From Phoronis australis (taxonomy: Eukaryota > Animalia > Phoronida): a stretch of DNA of 64,000 nucleotides. The stretch is taken from positions 1,134,689 through 1,198,688 of the forward strand of contig NMRA01000043.1 of assembly GCA_002633005.1 (NCBI GenBank). The letters are read 5' to 3'. Shown here in pieces: positions 1 to 12,990 of the stretch. Below the pieces are notes generated by a model. It was given only the letters and a program-made list of their open reading frames with translations, was not told the DNA's origin and made no database searches. Every line of letters starts with the position of its first letter. Position 1 is the stretch's first letter. A program made the position numbers and the translations under genes.

Positions 1-280
1 TCATTTACAAGGAAAAAATGGCGGCGTTCAGGACAAGTTCTTGAACTGATGAGCCGGAAACAAAGATTTTATATAGTATCTTTGCCGGAAATGTGGGTAC
101 GGAAATAACCGATGACAACCGGTAATCATACGCTCAGAGAGAAGGGTCAAATACTGTTTAAAAATCGCTTTTGGCAAGAAAGGCGAAAAGAATATAAAGA
201 AAGGGTGTCGAAAATAAGAATTTATGTAGTAAGTATTTTCGGATACTGGAACCACATGGGCAGTTTGCAAGAAGGACTTT
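1..280 (+). repeat. Dispersed repeat, inverted copy at ~30020-30267
   Basis: 1-280 matches the reverse complement of ~30020-30267 (AAAAATGGCGGC...AACCGATGACAACCGGTAAT...TCGAAAATAAGA) with scattered substitutions and an indel. Confidence 0.8.
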
Positions 281-1047
281 AAAGTCATATGATCCGTTTG
301 TAGACGTTTTAAAAACGTGAATCTGCATAAAAACCATTGAAACATACTCTCTGACACTTAATTAAAACTTTTCGTAAGTATGGGGTCGATCTGCTGCCTG
401 TACACATTTTTTCTTTTATTTTTTATTTTCTTAAAATCTGCGTGATCAAAACAAACGAATGTTGCCCATAATGCTGTGCGGTTTGACCTTTCGGCAACTA
501 ATCAGCTGTTTCTGGTACTGCTCCGAAGAAGAGAAGTTCGCCTTAACCAGGTAATTTATTCGTTTCTTGAACATTTTGATGACGATATTGCTCCCTGTAT
601 GAGCTGAACAGTCTAACTATTACTCTTAGAATTAGATGAAACCATTATCTGTGGGAAAATTACGTACTCAATTTGATAGTAATCGTTGTGATCGAGTCGA
701 GGGAGTCTGCAGTGGTACCCAGCCAGCTAGCGGTATCAAAATACAGCTAGGTACCACTGGGTGTTTTTCTTCAATAGAGCCCGAAATTCACACAGCCAGG
801 GTAGTATATTTAGTATACAGATTTGTATCAAGGATAGCCCTAGCCCTATCAATGGAGTGTAATGTTATTGTGGTTGGATAGACCCTGTTTGTCACTCGAT
901 GGTCGTGAGTTGAATTTCTACCTGCTGGCAGTTTTCAGACTTTGGACTTGAATTGCAAAACTATTCGTGATTTTTCATTGCCATAACAAAAACCATCGTC
1001 TATCACCAGGGACTCTATATACACACTCTACTTGTATATTGTACTAG

Positions 1048-1433
1048 CAGGGGCACATTGGAGGATTTAAGGGGGGGGGGCAAGAGGGCCATGGCCCCCC
1101 TAAAGTTCTCCCAGATACCATTTGACAGTTCGGGGTGCAAATTGCTGATTAGCACATGCACCTTGAACAAACCCTGTTTACCGTTTATGTTTTTTTAGTA
1201 ATAAGATCCACAAACCCAAAAATTAGACACCCCCGCATACCTACATCAGGCTGGGCTCGCGCATGTCGCAAAATTCTGGTTATTCCTGTGCACTGGCCCC
1301 CTAACTCAAAATACTGGATTCGCCCCTGGGGCAGATCCAGGATTTTGAGTTGGGGGAACAGGGCAGAGTATTGGCCAGGATTTAGTTCACCAAACATTTG
1401 CACCCCATAGCCCCCCCTCTAAATCCACCACTG
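1048..1433. mobile_element. MITE-like element with G/C-run termini and an internal inverted junction
   Basis: Starts CAGGGGC..GGATTTAAGGGGGGG, ends CCCCCCCTCTAAATCCACCACTG; flanked by ACTAG at 1043-1047 and 1434-1438; internal palindrome ~1297-1355. Confidence 0.6.
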
Positions 1434-3406
1434 ACTAGTCAGCTAGCTAGTCCACTTGAACACAACCCACTGGATCAGCGATGAATCCTCGGATTAAATG
1501 CAAGCAAACTTGGGAAGTGCCGGTAGGCTGAAGCTTGTTGCGAGAATAGTGAGATCATACAAAACCATGGTTGGGAATGGGATGCAACAAGTTGATGCCT
1601 GTTATTCAGTGAAGAAATCTGGTTCTCAAATTGCAGGACACTGGGAGTGGTCACATCATTACAGAACAATATACTATGTATGGGACCTCCTCAAAGGCAA
1701 AAGGTATAAGCCAAAGGCAGATCAGTAGTAGCATTAATAAAGGTCGAGCAGGTTACATCTTGTATTATCAGTGGTATGGTCTCGATTGGGTAAATAAAGG
1801 GCTAGGGACAGGGGAAGGTTAATGACAGTGCTTGCTTTTAATTAATATACTCTTTCTTGGACTTTGAGTGTGCAACTAGGCCCTTGCAGACTCACTTTAT
1901 CAAGAACACAATCCATCAGTTTACATGGCAGAGGGCCTAAAGGGTGCTTCGAAAATCATCTATCCTCCTTGAATGTCAGCTGTTACAGACTTCTAGCATC
2001 GGTATTGGCAAGTTAACAAAGGAAATAAACTTAATTAGTCTGGAAACAGGTAGAACACTGAAGTTTCAATTTCTGGTACACTCATACTTTTGCGAAAATG
2101 TGTATCCTATGGAATGTATTGATCAATGTTATCTATGTACTGCTCAGATTGGCATTTTATGTGATTACAATGTTTTTAAAGGTTCACCGTAATGTGCATC
2201 ACCAGTTCACCAACAATAACAATACTCAAGCAACAGAGACAACATGATTGGAGTACTGAGCCATGTGCAGAGGAATAGGCTTAGGTGGCAATTGATGTTC
2301 GGTCTCTTCACATGCAGGTATGCTTGGAACTCTCGTTTCTTAACGCAATAGAACCGATTCTACATAACTTTTGTGTTATCAAGTCATTCTTATTGTTTTC
2401 TTTCATCAGTAATCACACAAGCTTTATAGGTAACAAAACTGAAAACCTGTAATAAAATACATTTGCTATGTATCACTAAAATATGCCACATAAAATGCTG
2501 AAAATTATACTGTCTTAAAACTTCATTAATTAAAACTTCATTAATAATGGACCACTGGCTTTTTGAAGAACAACAACCAGTTTGCAGCTATGAAAACAAC
2601 ATTCCCCTTCATGTTGAGGTCATGTTTAAACTACAACTCAAAATTAATGTGGTTTGATTTTTTTCAGCCTCACATAAGTATATCTGAGGATGAGGGCATT
2701 GTATTCAACTTGCTGTGTCCATACTCACTGGGGTGGTGGGTATCACCAGCTGTGATTGTCATCAGGGTGTACATGTGGCAGATGCTGAGGAGTGTCCACT
2801 ACACTGAAAAGATCTATAAGAAGCAACCTGTCACCTGCATTTTGCTTATGCCTGTGAGTATTTCTTATAAAGACAGTTTTGGAAATCCAGTTAAGCACCC
2901 TCATTATGCACACATGTGACTCTGTGAAAGAAAACACAGCTGACATGACACTTGTAATAACCTTTTACCATTTTCCTTCCAAGGCTCTGGCTACAGAGAT
3001 TTGGTCTTGCACTCAACATCAATGTTTCACACAAATACCCAAAACTCAGTTTAACAAATAAATAAATTATCTGAATATGCTCATAATTGTTACTTATTGA
3101 GAAAATGTGAACAAATTATTTCCAGGCTATTAGGTATTAATGATAACTGGAGTAAACCTTTACTTGGCAATTGTGAAGTGAAAACATTATTAAGGCCCTG
3201 ACAGTATGCCTGTGATATGAATATTCATAAAGACTATCTATGGATTATTGGCAGGTTCATGATAAGGTCCAGTTTTAGTCAAACTAAACAAAACACAATA
3301 AAACACATTCCTTATTTGAGTTTTGTTTATTGTTTATCTGAAATTTAAGTATAAATACCAAAATAGCCATAACAATGGATTGCCAACAGTACATTCTATA
3401 AGGTAT

Positions 3407-3624
3407 GTATAAATAAATCTTTTTCAATAAGGCATGGAAAAATGTCGCAAACAGCTTGTCCCATCAGCACGCCATGTTTTTGGTCACATCACGTGACCTA
3501 ATGAATATCAATCCAAAAAGATTTCTGCCCGTCCCTGTCTAGGGCAGAAATCTTTTCGGACATACATTCATTAGGTCACGTGATGTGACCAAAAAGATGG
3601 CGTGCTGACGGGACAAACTGTTCG
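3407..3624. mobile_element. Foldback (hairpin) insertion between 15-bp direct repeats
   Basis: Near-perfect ~80-bp arms spanning 3447-3625; CATTCTATAAGGTAT repeated at 3392-3406 and 3625-3639. Confidence 0.8.
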
Positions 3625-5047
3625 CATTCTATAAGGTATTCAGCTTTTGAAGTACACTAGTTAATGAAGAATTTTTTTCTCTTATACATGACTATGAAGA
3701 AAATTTTATTTTTATTTTTGATTCAGGACTTTTGGTTTCATCGTCATAAATGAGGAACTGGCAAGAGTCTACCGTAATGATGTGCTGGCTTTCAACAAAG
3801 GTACCAACTACAACAAAAGGCGCCTACCCCAACATATTTTCGCAATGCAAGGGTTATGTCACAAAATACTGCTTTATCTACTTTGCTTGCAGTCAAACAA
3901 ATTATGTTATTTACTCAGGCACCATATTTTATGTGTCTAATGCATATTTGTTTTGTCTACTACTTAGTACTCAGATAAATGTGATTTCTTTGGGGTACTA
4001 ATAAACAAAATTTATGCCCAATACCATTTCTTAGTTTCATACTGAAAATCGGATGAAGACTTAAATGTAATGAAACAGAACTGGTAAAGTTGCTACAAAC
4101 CAACATTCCATCAACAATAAAGTAACTTTTAATTTATACCATTTTCCGCATCAGACCTCCTATCAGTAAGTTTCTTTACCCAGCTGAGGATGGGTTTCTT
4201 GGCTTGTAACAAATTCACCTACAGAAAATGACAAGCTGTTTCAAGGCAACTTGATAAACTGAGGTTCGAGCTATAACAAACTGTCAGTTCTTTCTAATTC
4301 CAGGAATCACTTGTACTTTGAGTAAGGAATGGGCCAAGACAATAAATAGTCACAATCAAGAGTTGGTTTAATTGAAGGAAGGCAGGTTCATAGCAGCTTT
4401 AACAGCAATGACATAATCACATTAACAAACAAAATGGATTTTCACTGCCGAAGTTTAACCTGTATAACATCAAATGCATTTCACTGCAGTAATTCTCAAC
4501 ACAACAGAAATGTAAATGCAAACAAGAGTTGCAGCATGACATGTAATTAATCGAAATATGTTTGAAGTCATGGACACATTTATATTAATTACGTAGTCAA
4601 TTCGCACAACCACGAGGACCAACAAAAGCAGATGATGACTGTTGATAGACTCAACATGAACCAAGTTACATGAGCACTTCAATTAAAAAGCAGGTACTGT
4701 ATCACAGTTTTGGAGTCAAATGTAAGCAAACAGTGGTCAAGGATTGTTGGTTTACATATATAAAAAGTAGAATGTCAGATTTATATGCTGTACGGTAAAT
4801 GAGTAAGATCAAAAATATAGCCGTGTCCTTTTGTATTGACAACAGTCTATATGCACGTCAAGCTACTATGCAAAGGTAACTTTAAAATCAGAGTCAAATG
4901 TTCACTGAAGTAGTGATAGTTCTTTTGATAGATCAAATAACATTTGTTGTCATTGCAAAACCATTGATCGTTAAGGCAATGAACTGGGTGGCCCCTGGAA
5001 GTCATGTGTCAAGTTTGAACACGCCTTGTTTTTCTCTCAAGCATCTG

Positions 5048-6942
5048 CTAATTATGGACACCGGTGGCACTGGAGTATAGACCTTTCTTAATCCTTGACA
5101 GCATTACTCTTAGATTTCTCACTGAAGTACCTATGTAGCCTGTAAGTGTAAAAAATTGTGAAAAGTTACAATATAATTGAGCACTGAAACACTAAAACCA
5201 AAAATACAGTGCAAAGAAAACCACCATTGGGTACAAGTAATGATAACTGTGTCTATACCACCAACGGAATGCTAGTATCAACAAGTGTGAGAGGTTGCAA
5301 GTTAGAAAGATGGTGCAGGAACTAATGCACGTATTGCCAAATCTTCATCGCATCATGATAACTTTTGATGGCCATTGCCACTTTATGGTTTAAGTGGATC
5401 CTAGAGTTCCAAGACAAGAAACTGAACTAATGGCAACATGGTTATGTCCCAAGTGCTACTCAGCAGCCGGTCATACTATTATCGTCTTTTAACAAGCAGT
5501 AAGAAACCTACATTGAGAGAAAATAGAGTTGCATTTTCACAGAAAAATTTCTGCGGCTATAAACCCTGTTATCCGCGCAACTTAACTTTTGATTTTAACC
5601 ACTTTCCTCATTCAGATGATAAATAAGTTTTGTTCTTGCAAAGAACTGTCAGTTCATTATGGTTGTGACCATGTCAGGTGAATGAAATGGCATGCTGTGA
5701 CACGTCAACCTAAAGAAACTCTCAAGTAGTAACAAATTACTGGAGATTTTCAAGCCCAAACTTCACACCTTATTTTTATCAAGGAACAATTCGAGATCAA
5801 CATCATACTAATGGTATATGGTCTAAATAAACAGTTGGTTTTCGTGACATAAGGCATGCCTATATCTACTTTAAATTCCAATAGAGCATAGAGTCTTTAC
5901 AAGAGCAGACACAAACCTTTGATCCAGATTGTGAGGATGCAGGTGACAAAGAAGATAAGGACAACGGTGAACAACAGCTCTGAATCCCTGTAAGATGACA
6001 ATAGTGGCATTTGTAAGAAGACATTCAGTTTAAAATTTATTCTGAGGCCTCTACACTGAGAACTTAGACATGTATCTATGAATCTGAAACAGTGACATTG
6101 AATCGACAGATGGAATCGTAAAAGGGCAAATTTTCAAAATAAGGTTTTTAGAAATCATAATTGCTCCCCACACCAAACATGATGCACAGAATTTCAACCA
6201 GCAGCTGGAGTTAGCTTGCATTTATACTACAGTTGTAAGCGAGTTGAAAATTTTCACATGCAAATTAGTTAGTTACATTACAAATGTTCTTTGCTCAACT
6301 GGACATCCTCCAAAGCACTGATACATTAGAATCAAAACTTCACACTAAAGTACGGTTTACACAAACCTAATATAAATAACTCAAATGAAACACTGCTTCA
6401 AGCATTTCAATGTGCATTTCCATATTTTAATATGGAACAGCAGTGACGCCATCATGTGCGAAGTGCACTCATCCTTAAAAAATATCTCTAATATTTGTCT
6501 GGTAAGCTGCTTGGCTGTATTCATAAGTATAGGTGTAAAAGTCTAGGTCCAAGCAGTTTTTTAAGTAAAAAAAGCTCGCTACAGGGGGTTAGTTTGAAAA
6601 CGCTGATGTAAACGCTTTGATCTATGTATTTTTGTAAAAAATTAGGTTGCTGGTGCACTGCACGGTGGTAGGGGTAATGCGTTGTCGGAATCACGGACAC
6701 TCCGAAATATTGGGAATCCCATTTTGGACTCCCTATTTTCGAAATCCTGGGTGAATCCCTGAATAGAAATTGAACAGGCTTTAAACAAGGCATGTTTAAA
6801 TACTGTAAACGAAACAGTGATATCTTTGGTTAGGATTGTGAGTTGTGAGTTGAATAAATGTGAAACGTCACTCCATAAGATATTAAGGAAATGAATGAAA
6901 CAATACCTCAAGGTTTCTTCAGGTGATGACCAGTCTGGGACT
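5048..6942 (-). CDS. Three 3' coding exons (6942-6907, 5987-5917, 5139-5048) encoding a C-terminal transmembrane anchor
   Basis: AG/GT boundaries with compatible phases (2/2, 2/1, 1/stop) give ...VPDWSSPEETLR-DSELLFTVVLIFFVTCILTIWIK-GYIGTSVRNLRVMLSRIKKGLYSSATGVHN*; ~19-residue hydrophobic stretch then basic tail. Confidence 0.7.
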
Positions 6943-8029
6943 CTTGCAAAGAAAATACAATATGGCAATATACTTCAAATAAAGATTAGAGTAAAAGGGT
7001 CTTTACATTACAACACAATATGGCAATATAACAAAATTTTATTTTATCAAACTTTTCAACAAGAATAAACAAGAAGAGAATTTCACTCAATTATTTAAAA
7101 ACTTTTAATATAGTACCGCTGTCATCAACAAACGAAATTTTGAACATTTTTGGTAAATGCAGTAAGCATTTGAAAAATCGAAAAATGACAATTTTGGCCA
7201 TTATTTACATTTTAATTTCAGAAAACTTTACTATATCCTGGAACCAGCATGTAGGCGTGTCCATCAACAAACATCACATAAACTGCAGTCATTTTTCACT
7301 AATGCATTAAAAAGACAAGTGTCAGCTCATAGACATCCTGTGACAACACCAATAACTTGGTGACTGTGTAAATATAATCAACACCTGATGCTTGAGTGGT
7401 CCACTTAACAGAGGTCCACTATAAAATGGATCTTGATGCAAATACCACAATTAAGTAACCAGTCAGAAAAGTAAATGACTGGAGGTCAGTCTCAAAATGT
7501 ATCAAATGAATAGTTCAACAGATTTTAGCAAATTAATCTTTTGTGCAAAAGTGTCTTCAGCCACGAAATATGCGATCACACTAAAGTTAAACTTTCCAAC
7601 CCAGATGCAAATCATAAATCAGATTACACATCCACAAGTTATAGTGATGTCACGGGGTAACATTGCACAATGCATTTAAAAATCCAAAGCAGCACTGAAT
7701 TCACCGAAAATAGTATACTACCTCAGTGGCGCGGCTGCTATTCTCTCCCCCGATTGCGAGATAAACTTCAAACGAAACAGCCCCCGACCCATATTTCAAG
7801 TTGCGTATTTGTTTTAGAAATGTCCCTCAAAACAAGCTTGTTATATGTGAAACATAAGAACTGATTTAAGATATGGGGCAAGCTGACAAGGTTTCTCTGA
7901 GAAACATGTCGGCAAGCGATGCAAGTTCTTACATTGTCTCCATCGATTTTTACATGGGGGTTGGCAACTGTCAGTTTTTGCCCTTTTGTTACGCTATATC
8001 AATGTATATTTCAAACAAGAACTTTGATA

Positions 8030-9120
8030 CAGGTATGGGTCCAAAAAAAACAAAACTGCCACTAGGAGGCGCCACAGTAGTCCAAGTCGTCAGAAAATCA
8101 TCGGCAACCGTCCCCTTCATAGAAAGAACATACATAACAAAAAATGGCCACTACATGTCGCAAAAAAACCTTGAGTCAATGCGAATATGAATGACTAGCG
8201 TCACCTCACTAATGGATGTCTATGTGCCAAATTTTATGGAAATCCGTTGAGTACCTTTGAAGATACAGCGATAAACGCAAAAAAACTAAAATTGCCACTT
8301 GGGGGCACACCAGTAGACCCATCTGTCCAAAAGTTGTCGTCGTCTGTTGTCAACTTTATATAAATACACCTGCTAAATTTAATAACGATCCTGTTGAGTG
8401 TTTAGGAGATACAGCCATGGGTGCAAAAACAAACAAAGCTGCCACTAGGAGGCGCCACAGTAGTCGAAGTCATCTGAAAATCATCGTCAACTGTCTTCTT
8501 CATAGTAAAACCATACATGCCAATTTTCACAATCATCCTTAGAGTGGTTTGGTTGTTAGAGGGGCGGACGCCAAAAAACGGCTTGAAAATAATAAAAATG
8601 GCCACTAGATGGCACACAATCCATCGAAGCAATCCAAAAACGGGAGGATAGCGTCAACTCATTAATAGATACCTATGTACCAAATTTCATGAAAATCGGT
8701 TGAAGACCTTTGAAGATACAGAGACAAACATAAAAAAACTAAAATTGCCACTAGGGGACACAGCGGTATTTGGGTCGGTCCGAAACTCGTCACCCTCTGT
8801 CGTAGACCCCATAGGAACACACGTGCCAATTTTCAATACGATCTTGAAAGGGGTTTATGAGATACAGCCGCCGACACCCAGATGCCCATATAAATATGTG
8901 GGCGCATAAAAATTGCCACTAGGGGGCATATCAGTAATCGAAGAGTTCCGAAATTCCAAGTCATCTTCATAGGAACACATCTGCCAAATTTCATCAACAT
9001 CCTGTGAGGGGTTTGGGAGACACAGCTGCGGACGCCGGACGCCAAAACAGAGATGACGGCAACATGCGACCACATATAAATAAATATGTGGCCGCACAAG
9101 TTGACGACCACGGTCAAAAT
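8030..9120. repeat. Diverged internal tandem array (~150-230-bp units), probably the core of a non-autonomous element
   Basis: Recurring AAAA(T/C)TGCCACTAG(G/A)..GC..CA at ~8050, 8290, 8440, 8600, 8745, 8910 with CCAA(A/T)TTT(C/T)AT motifs. Confidence 0.7.
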
Positions 9121-9159
9121 GATCAGGGTACGTGTAACCCGACCAGCTGACATAAAAAC

Positions 9160-9280
9160 AAAAAACAATTTGAGGAGTACAGTCAAAATGATTTGGGGTG
9201 TTCCCAGAGCTCCCACAGCTGAATCTTTAAACACAATTTTATGAGTACACCCAAAATGATTTGGGGTGTACTCAGAGCCA
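9160..9280. repeat. Two-copy ~70-bp tandem repeat
   Basis: CAATTT..GAGTACA..CAAAATGATTTGGGGTGT..CAGAGC occurs twice. Confidence 0.6.
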
Positions 9281-9857
9281 GAGAGCTGCTAATACACAGA
9301 CANCAAGTTGAAAGTTAATAACTTTTTGAACTCCATGTCACATCAAAAAACCGGCTTAAACGGCGTTAAGAGGTTTTTTCTTCTATAACTCGGACCATAG
9401 GCCTTTAAGTGCGATTGTCGAGAACACAGATTTTTTCGGTAAATAATAGCAAACGGTCTACAAACTGTTCTCTCGTAGACCGATTTGAGGAGATCAATCA
9501 TCCTTCCAATTAACACTGGAAAACCCACAATTCTGATACCTAATGTACGATACCTGTCAACCAAAAAACATTCGGACATGTCCGCGAATGTTACCTTCCA
9601 ACCAATGGGAATGTCCCGTCGGGCGCTTAGTCATTCTGCTAATCAACAAGAAGTCAGGTTCACTGTTCCTTGACAGTGCTGCTGTTCTCATCAGTAGGGA
9701 AGAGTGTAAAAGAGAACAAGACTAGGATATTGGTCGCTGAATAAGATCGAACAGCTTATGTCGAAGGTTTCCATGAGTAGCAGAAGGTGGTTCACAATTT
9801 AAATCGTGCGCAGAAAAGGGCCTAGAGCAAAAAAAAAAACAAAGTAAATTAACTTAC

Positions 9858-9967
9858 GGAATCCAAGCCATGTTGTAGCTCTTCAGACTCTTAAAATCAT
9901 CATCTAGCAATTCTTCGGCTACTAATTTAATAATCTTCCTGTGATGCTTCATTTTTTGTTGTTCCAT
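9858..9967 (-). CDS. First coding exon of DED-gene paralog A (N-terminal half of a death effector domain)
   Basis: Acceptor ctctctttctacag before 9986, ATG at 9967, donor GTAAGT after 9858; MEQQKMKHHRKIIKLVAEELLDDDFKSLKSYNMAWIP; homologous in sequence, phase and flanks to 40715-40603 and 46659-46547. Confidence 0.75.
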
Positions 9968-10079
9968 GGCTTCTTAGTGAAAGTTCCTGTAGAAAGAGAG
10001 TAATGTTCATCGCATGATTTAACACAACAATTGCTACATTGTTTTTCACTACGTGTTCTTGTAAATAACTATGTAAACA

Positions 10080-11008
10080 TATAGATTATTACATGGCGAA
10101 GTCGTTATCCCCCGTTATCTAGAGCCCGAGTGGATTTTGGAGAATTATCGCCCGAAGGGCGTTAGCCCCGAGGGTGATAATTCTACAAAATCCACTCGGG
10201 CTCTAGATAAGGCGGATAACGACTGAGAACATGTAATAATCTATTCATACCACATACTGAACGAGAAACATTGCAATGAATCGATCTACCTTTCTCGACT
10301 CGCCTCGGCTTAGTAACTACTTTCTATGTCAAAGGCCCGGGGTCGGAGGTCGTGACCTTTAAGAAAAGCCGAGCTATTTTTGTCAAATAATGCTTACACT
10401 CAAAACCAATAGAAATAAAGTGAATCTATAAATTAAGGTTTAGCAACTATTATAGCTTACTACACATTTTATCACGCTAAGCTTCGACCGGGAAAATATC
10501 GTCTGCTAAAGTAGGTTACCAATAGTAACTGAGTATAATGCTCAAGTCAAAGGATCCCGACGACCCTCACCCCCATTCAAATTGGAGATAGGTGATTTAC
10601 AAGTGAGAGAACCCGAGAGAAAATTTTCACTGAATTAAAATACCGTGTTTATGGAAATTATGCATTTTATTTCTCATAACGTATAAATATCGGTGCAATA
10701 CCCTTTGCTGAACATGCGATTGTTGCGCGTGCTCATTTAAATTCACGTTCGATGACGTCAGCCGCTCAGTGGTGTAGTGGTAAAGTCGGCGACTTGAAAC
10801 GCTTGAGGCCCGGGTTCGAATCCGGCATCGGTTTCCCGCCAAAATGTAATCTCACTAGTGAGATAACTGTATGGGTTATTACACGGTTGTATCTGTCATT
10901 CAAGGCTAATATTGTGGTATAAGTAGTTTTTATGCCACAATATTCGCGTCGCATGGCAGATACAACCCATAAACGGGGGATAACGACTTCGCCATGTAAT
11001 AATCTATA
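10080..11008. mobile_element. Non-autonomous TIR element with left-end foldback and internal tRNA-like segment
   Basis: TIRs TATAGATTATTACATGGCGAAGTCGTTATCCCCCGTT; hairpin 10082-10242; absent from the paralogous intron at ~46790; family fragments at ~11500-11530 and 45770-45860. Confidence 0.8.
10764..10835 (+). other. tRNA-derived (Pol III A/B box) segment, not a functional tRNA
   Basis: A box TGGTGTAGTGG 10770-10780, B box GGTTCGAATCC 10813-10823; no good acceptor stem. Confidence 0.6.
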
Positions 11009-12007
11009 TTTACCTATCGACATTCAAATAAAATATCGAAAAGAATGTACCTCGAGTATAAATGTACAAATAAAAATGACAATAGCTTTCGCAAATACAC
11101 AACTCAGGGGAGTGTACTGTACAAATAGGGCATGCTGGAATGGTAAAAGAGAAACTGCAGACGAGCGTAGAGCGCAGTAATGCTAGAACCTACGCGAGAT
11201 TACGTGAGATATTTCCGTTTATTTTTAATGAGAACACATGATTTTGGCTAGATTTCTCTAGCCACGAGACAGCTACTGAACTCTACCTGGGCTTAGAAAA
11301 TGATACAGAGGAACCTACACACAAGGCATGCGCGATTAGTACAACTGAAACTACAGAGAGAGCATGCACGAATGGTGCATGGGAAACTACACATATATTT
11401 TAGCCACCACCGGCACCTTTGAAACTATAAACTCACAATTTTACAATGACACTCACGGTCAATTAACATGTGCTACCGGAGAAAACGAGATTACGACAGA
11501 TAACGACTTCGCCACGTAATAATCTATATTTACCTCTCCAATTTCATTGTACATATAAAAAGTATCCTATTTCAAAGAAGAAAATGTATAAACGACCACT
11601 GTTGCTACAGTAGTGACAAAGACGCTACTATATTACGGTAAGACACCCGGTATCCGGCCTAGAAGAGAAAAGGACAAAATTTTCACTAATCGAAACGGGC
11701 TGAGTGATAACACAAGTTAATGTTTTATATGTACCAAACATGAACAGTGAAGAACCTCACCTGTAGCTGAAATTGAAGGGCACGAATGAACTCAAATTTC
11801 GATTTCCAATTCTAAAGAATATTCAGCCAAAAAAGCTGAAGTCACCCCAACTTGAGACCAGTTCTATGTAACATAAGTAGGCCAAGTCGTGAGCAAAATT
11901 ATATGTTATACCTGTTGTAAAGTCTATTTAGAAAACCTGCTTCCTCCTAGCTCCAACGATGAAATTCTGTGAACTTCGTTTGAAAATCACGTATAACGCT
12001 CACTTGG

Positions 12008-12017
12008 GGGAAAACCC
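12008..12017 (-). promoter_or_regulatory. Rel/NF-kB-type site upstream of DED paralog A
   Basis: GGGAAAACCC (GGGTTTTCCC on minus), conserved at 54859-54868, ~100 bp upstream of a conserved CAG|GTAT donor. Confidence 0.45.
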
Positions 12018-12714
12018 AAACTGACAAAGCGCGGACCCGAGTTGAAAACCCAGCAGTTGAGTCGATATTGACTGTCATGGCCTTTGCACTAATTTCAGTG
12101 GTCTTTGTGCAAACTGAATGGGAAAGCAGTTTCGTGCAGCAGGCAGTGATGATTATTATTGGTTGTAGTTCAGCAGATTGTAAAACGACTCTGAAAAAAT
12201 AACCATTGACATATCCCTACATGTAATGCATGGCAAAATAATCGTGAATGTGTACACAGTAAACATAACAGTATTGGCCCAGTACCAGTTTTCATGAAAA
12301 AATTAATTAACACGAGATGCATTACAGTGTAATTTTATTTTTTTAACAAAACTTTCCACCAGATGACTCATTGAAAACCGCCATTTTGAAATTTCCGTTA
12401 GGAGGCACTGAACAGTTCTCATAGGGATTTGCCTATCAGAACACACGTCAATGGGCTCTTCACCCTTTCTTCACTCTGTCAAAAACTGCATGCAAATAAT
12501 GAACAGATTTGAGTCATTTCACATCACAAACCCTACAGATGAGCACAGAAACTTTGTACTCTCTTGTACTTTTGACCCTTTCACTCCCAGTGGAAACCAA
12601 GCTGAACTAAGAAAAATAAGGGCAAAAATGCAAAATCGGCACTTTTCACCCTTAAATCACCACTTCCCTGCCGATGCACGAGTAAAACCAACAATAGATT
12701 CTGAAACAACGTGT

Positions 12715-12930
12715 CTGTCAAAAAAATATTTGATCCATATATCAGACAAGGCCATCGTAGTGATTTGAGATCCTCCACCCCATATGCAATTCCTCCGTCG
12801 TTCAGTCAGGCATTCAGAAGGTCTACAGTCATGATGTGTATCAACAACTGGAATTCTCTTCCAGTCTCTGTTAAGGAAAGCAACTCTTTTACGAGTATAA
12901 AAAATAATTTTAGAACTGTTTTTCATAATT
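12715..12930 (+). mobile_element. CR1/L2-type LINE ORF2 3' fragment
   Basis: CINNWNSLPVSVKESNSFTSIKNNF fits the WNSLP..VK...S...FK C-terminal motif; absent from the paralogous region at ~56600. Confidence 0.6.
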
Positions 12931-12990
12931 TTGATAACTCAACACCCTTGACTCAATTCTCCCTTACCTGCGATAACGAAATAGCATTGT

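Noticed and set aside
10764-10835. tRNA gene
   Set aside because: A/B boxes only, no proper cloverleaf, embedded in a repeat
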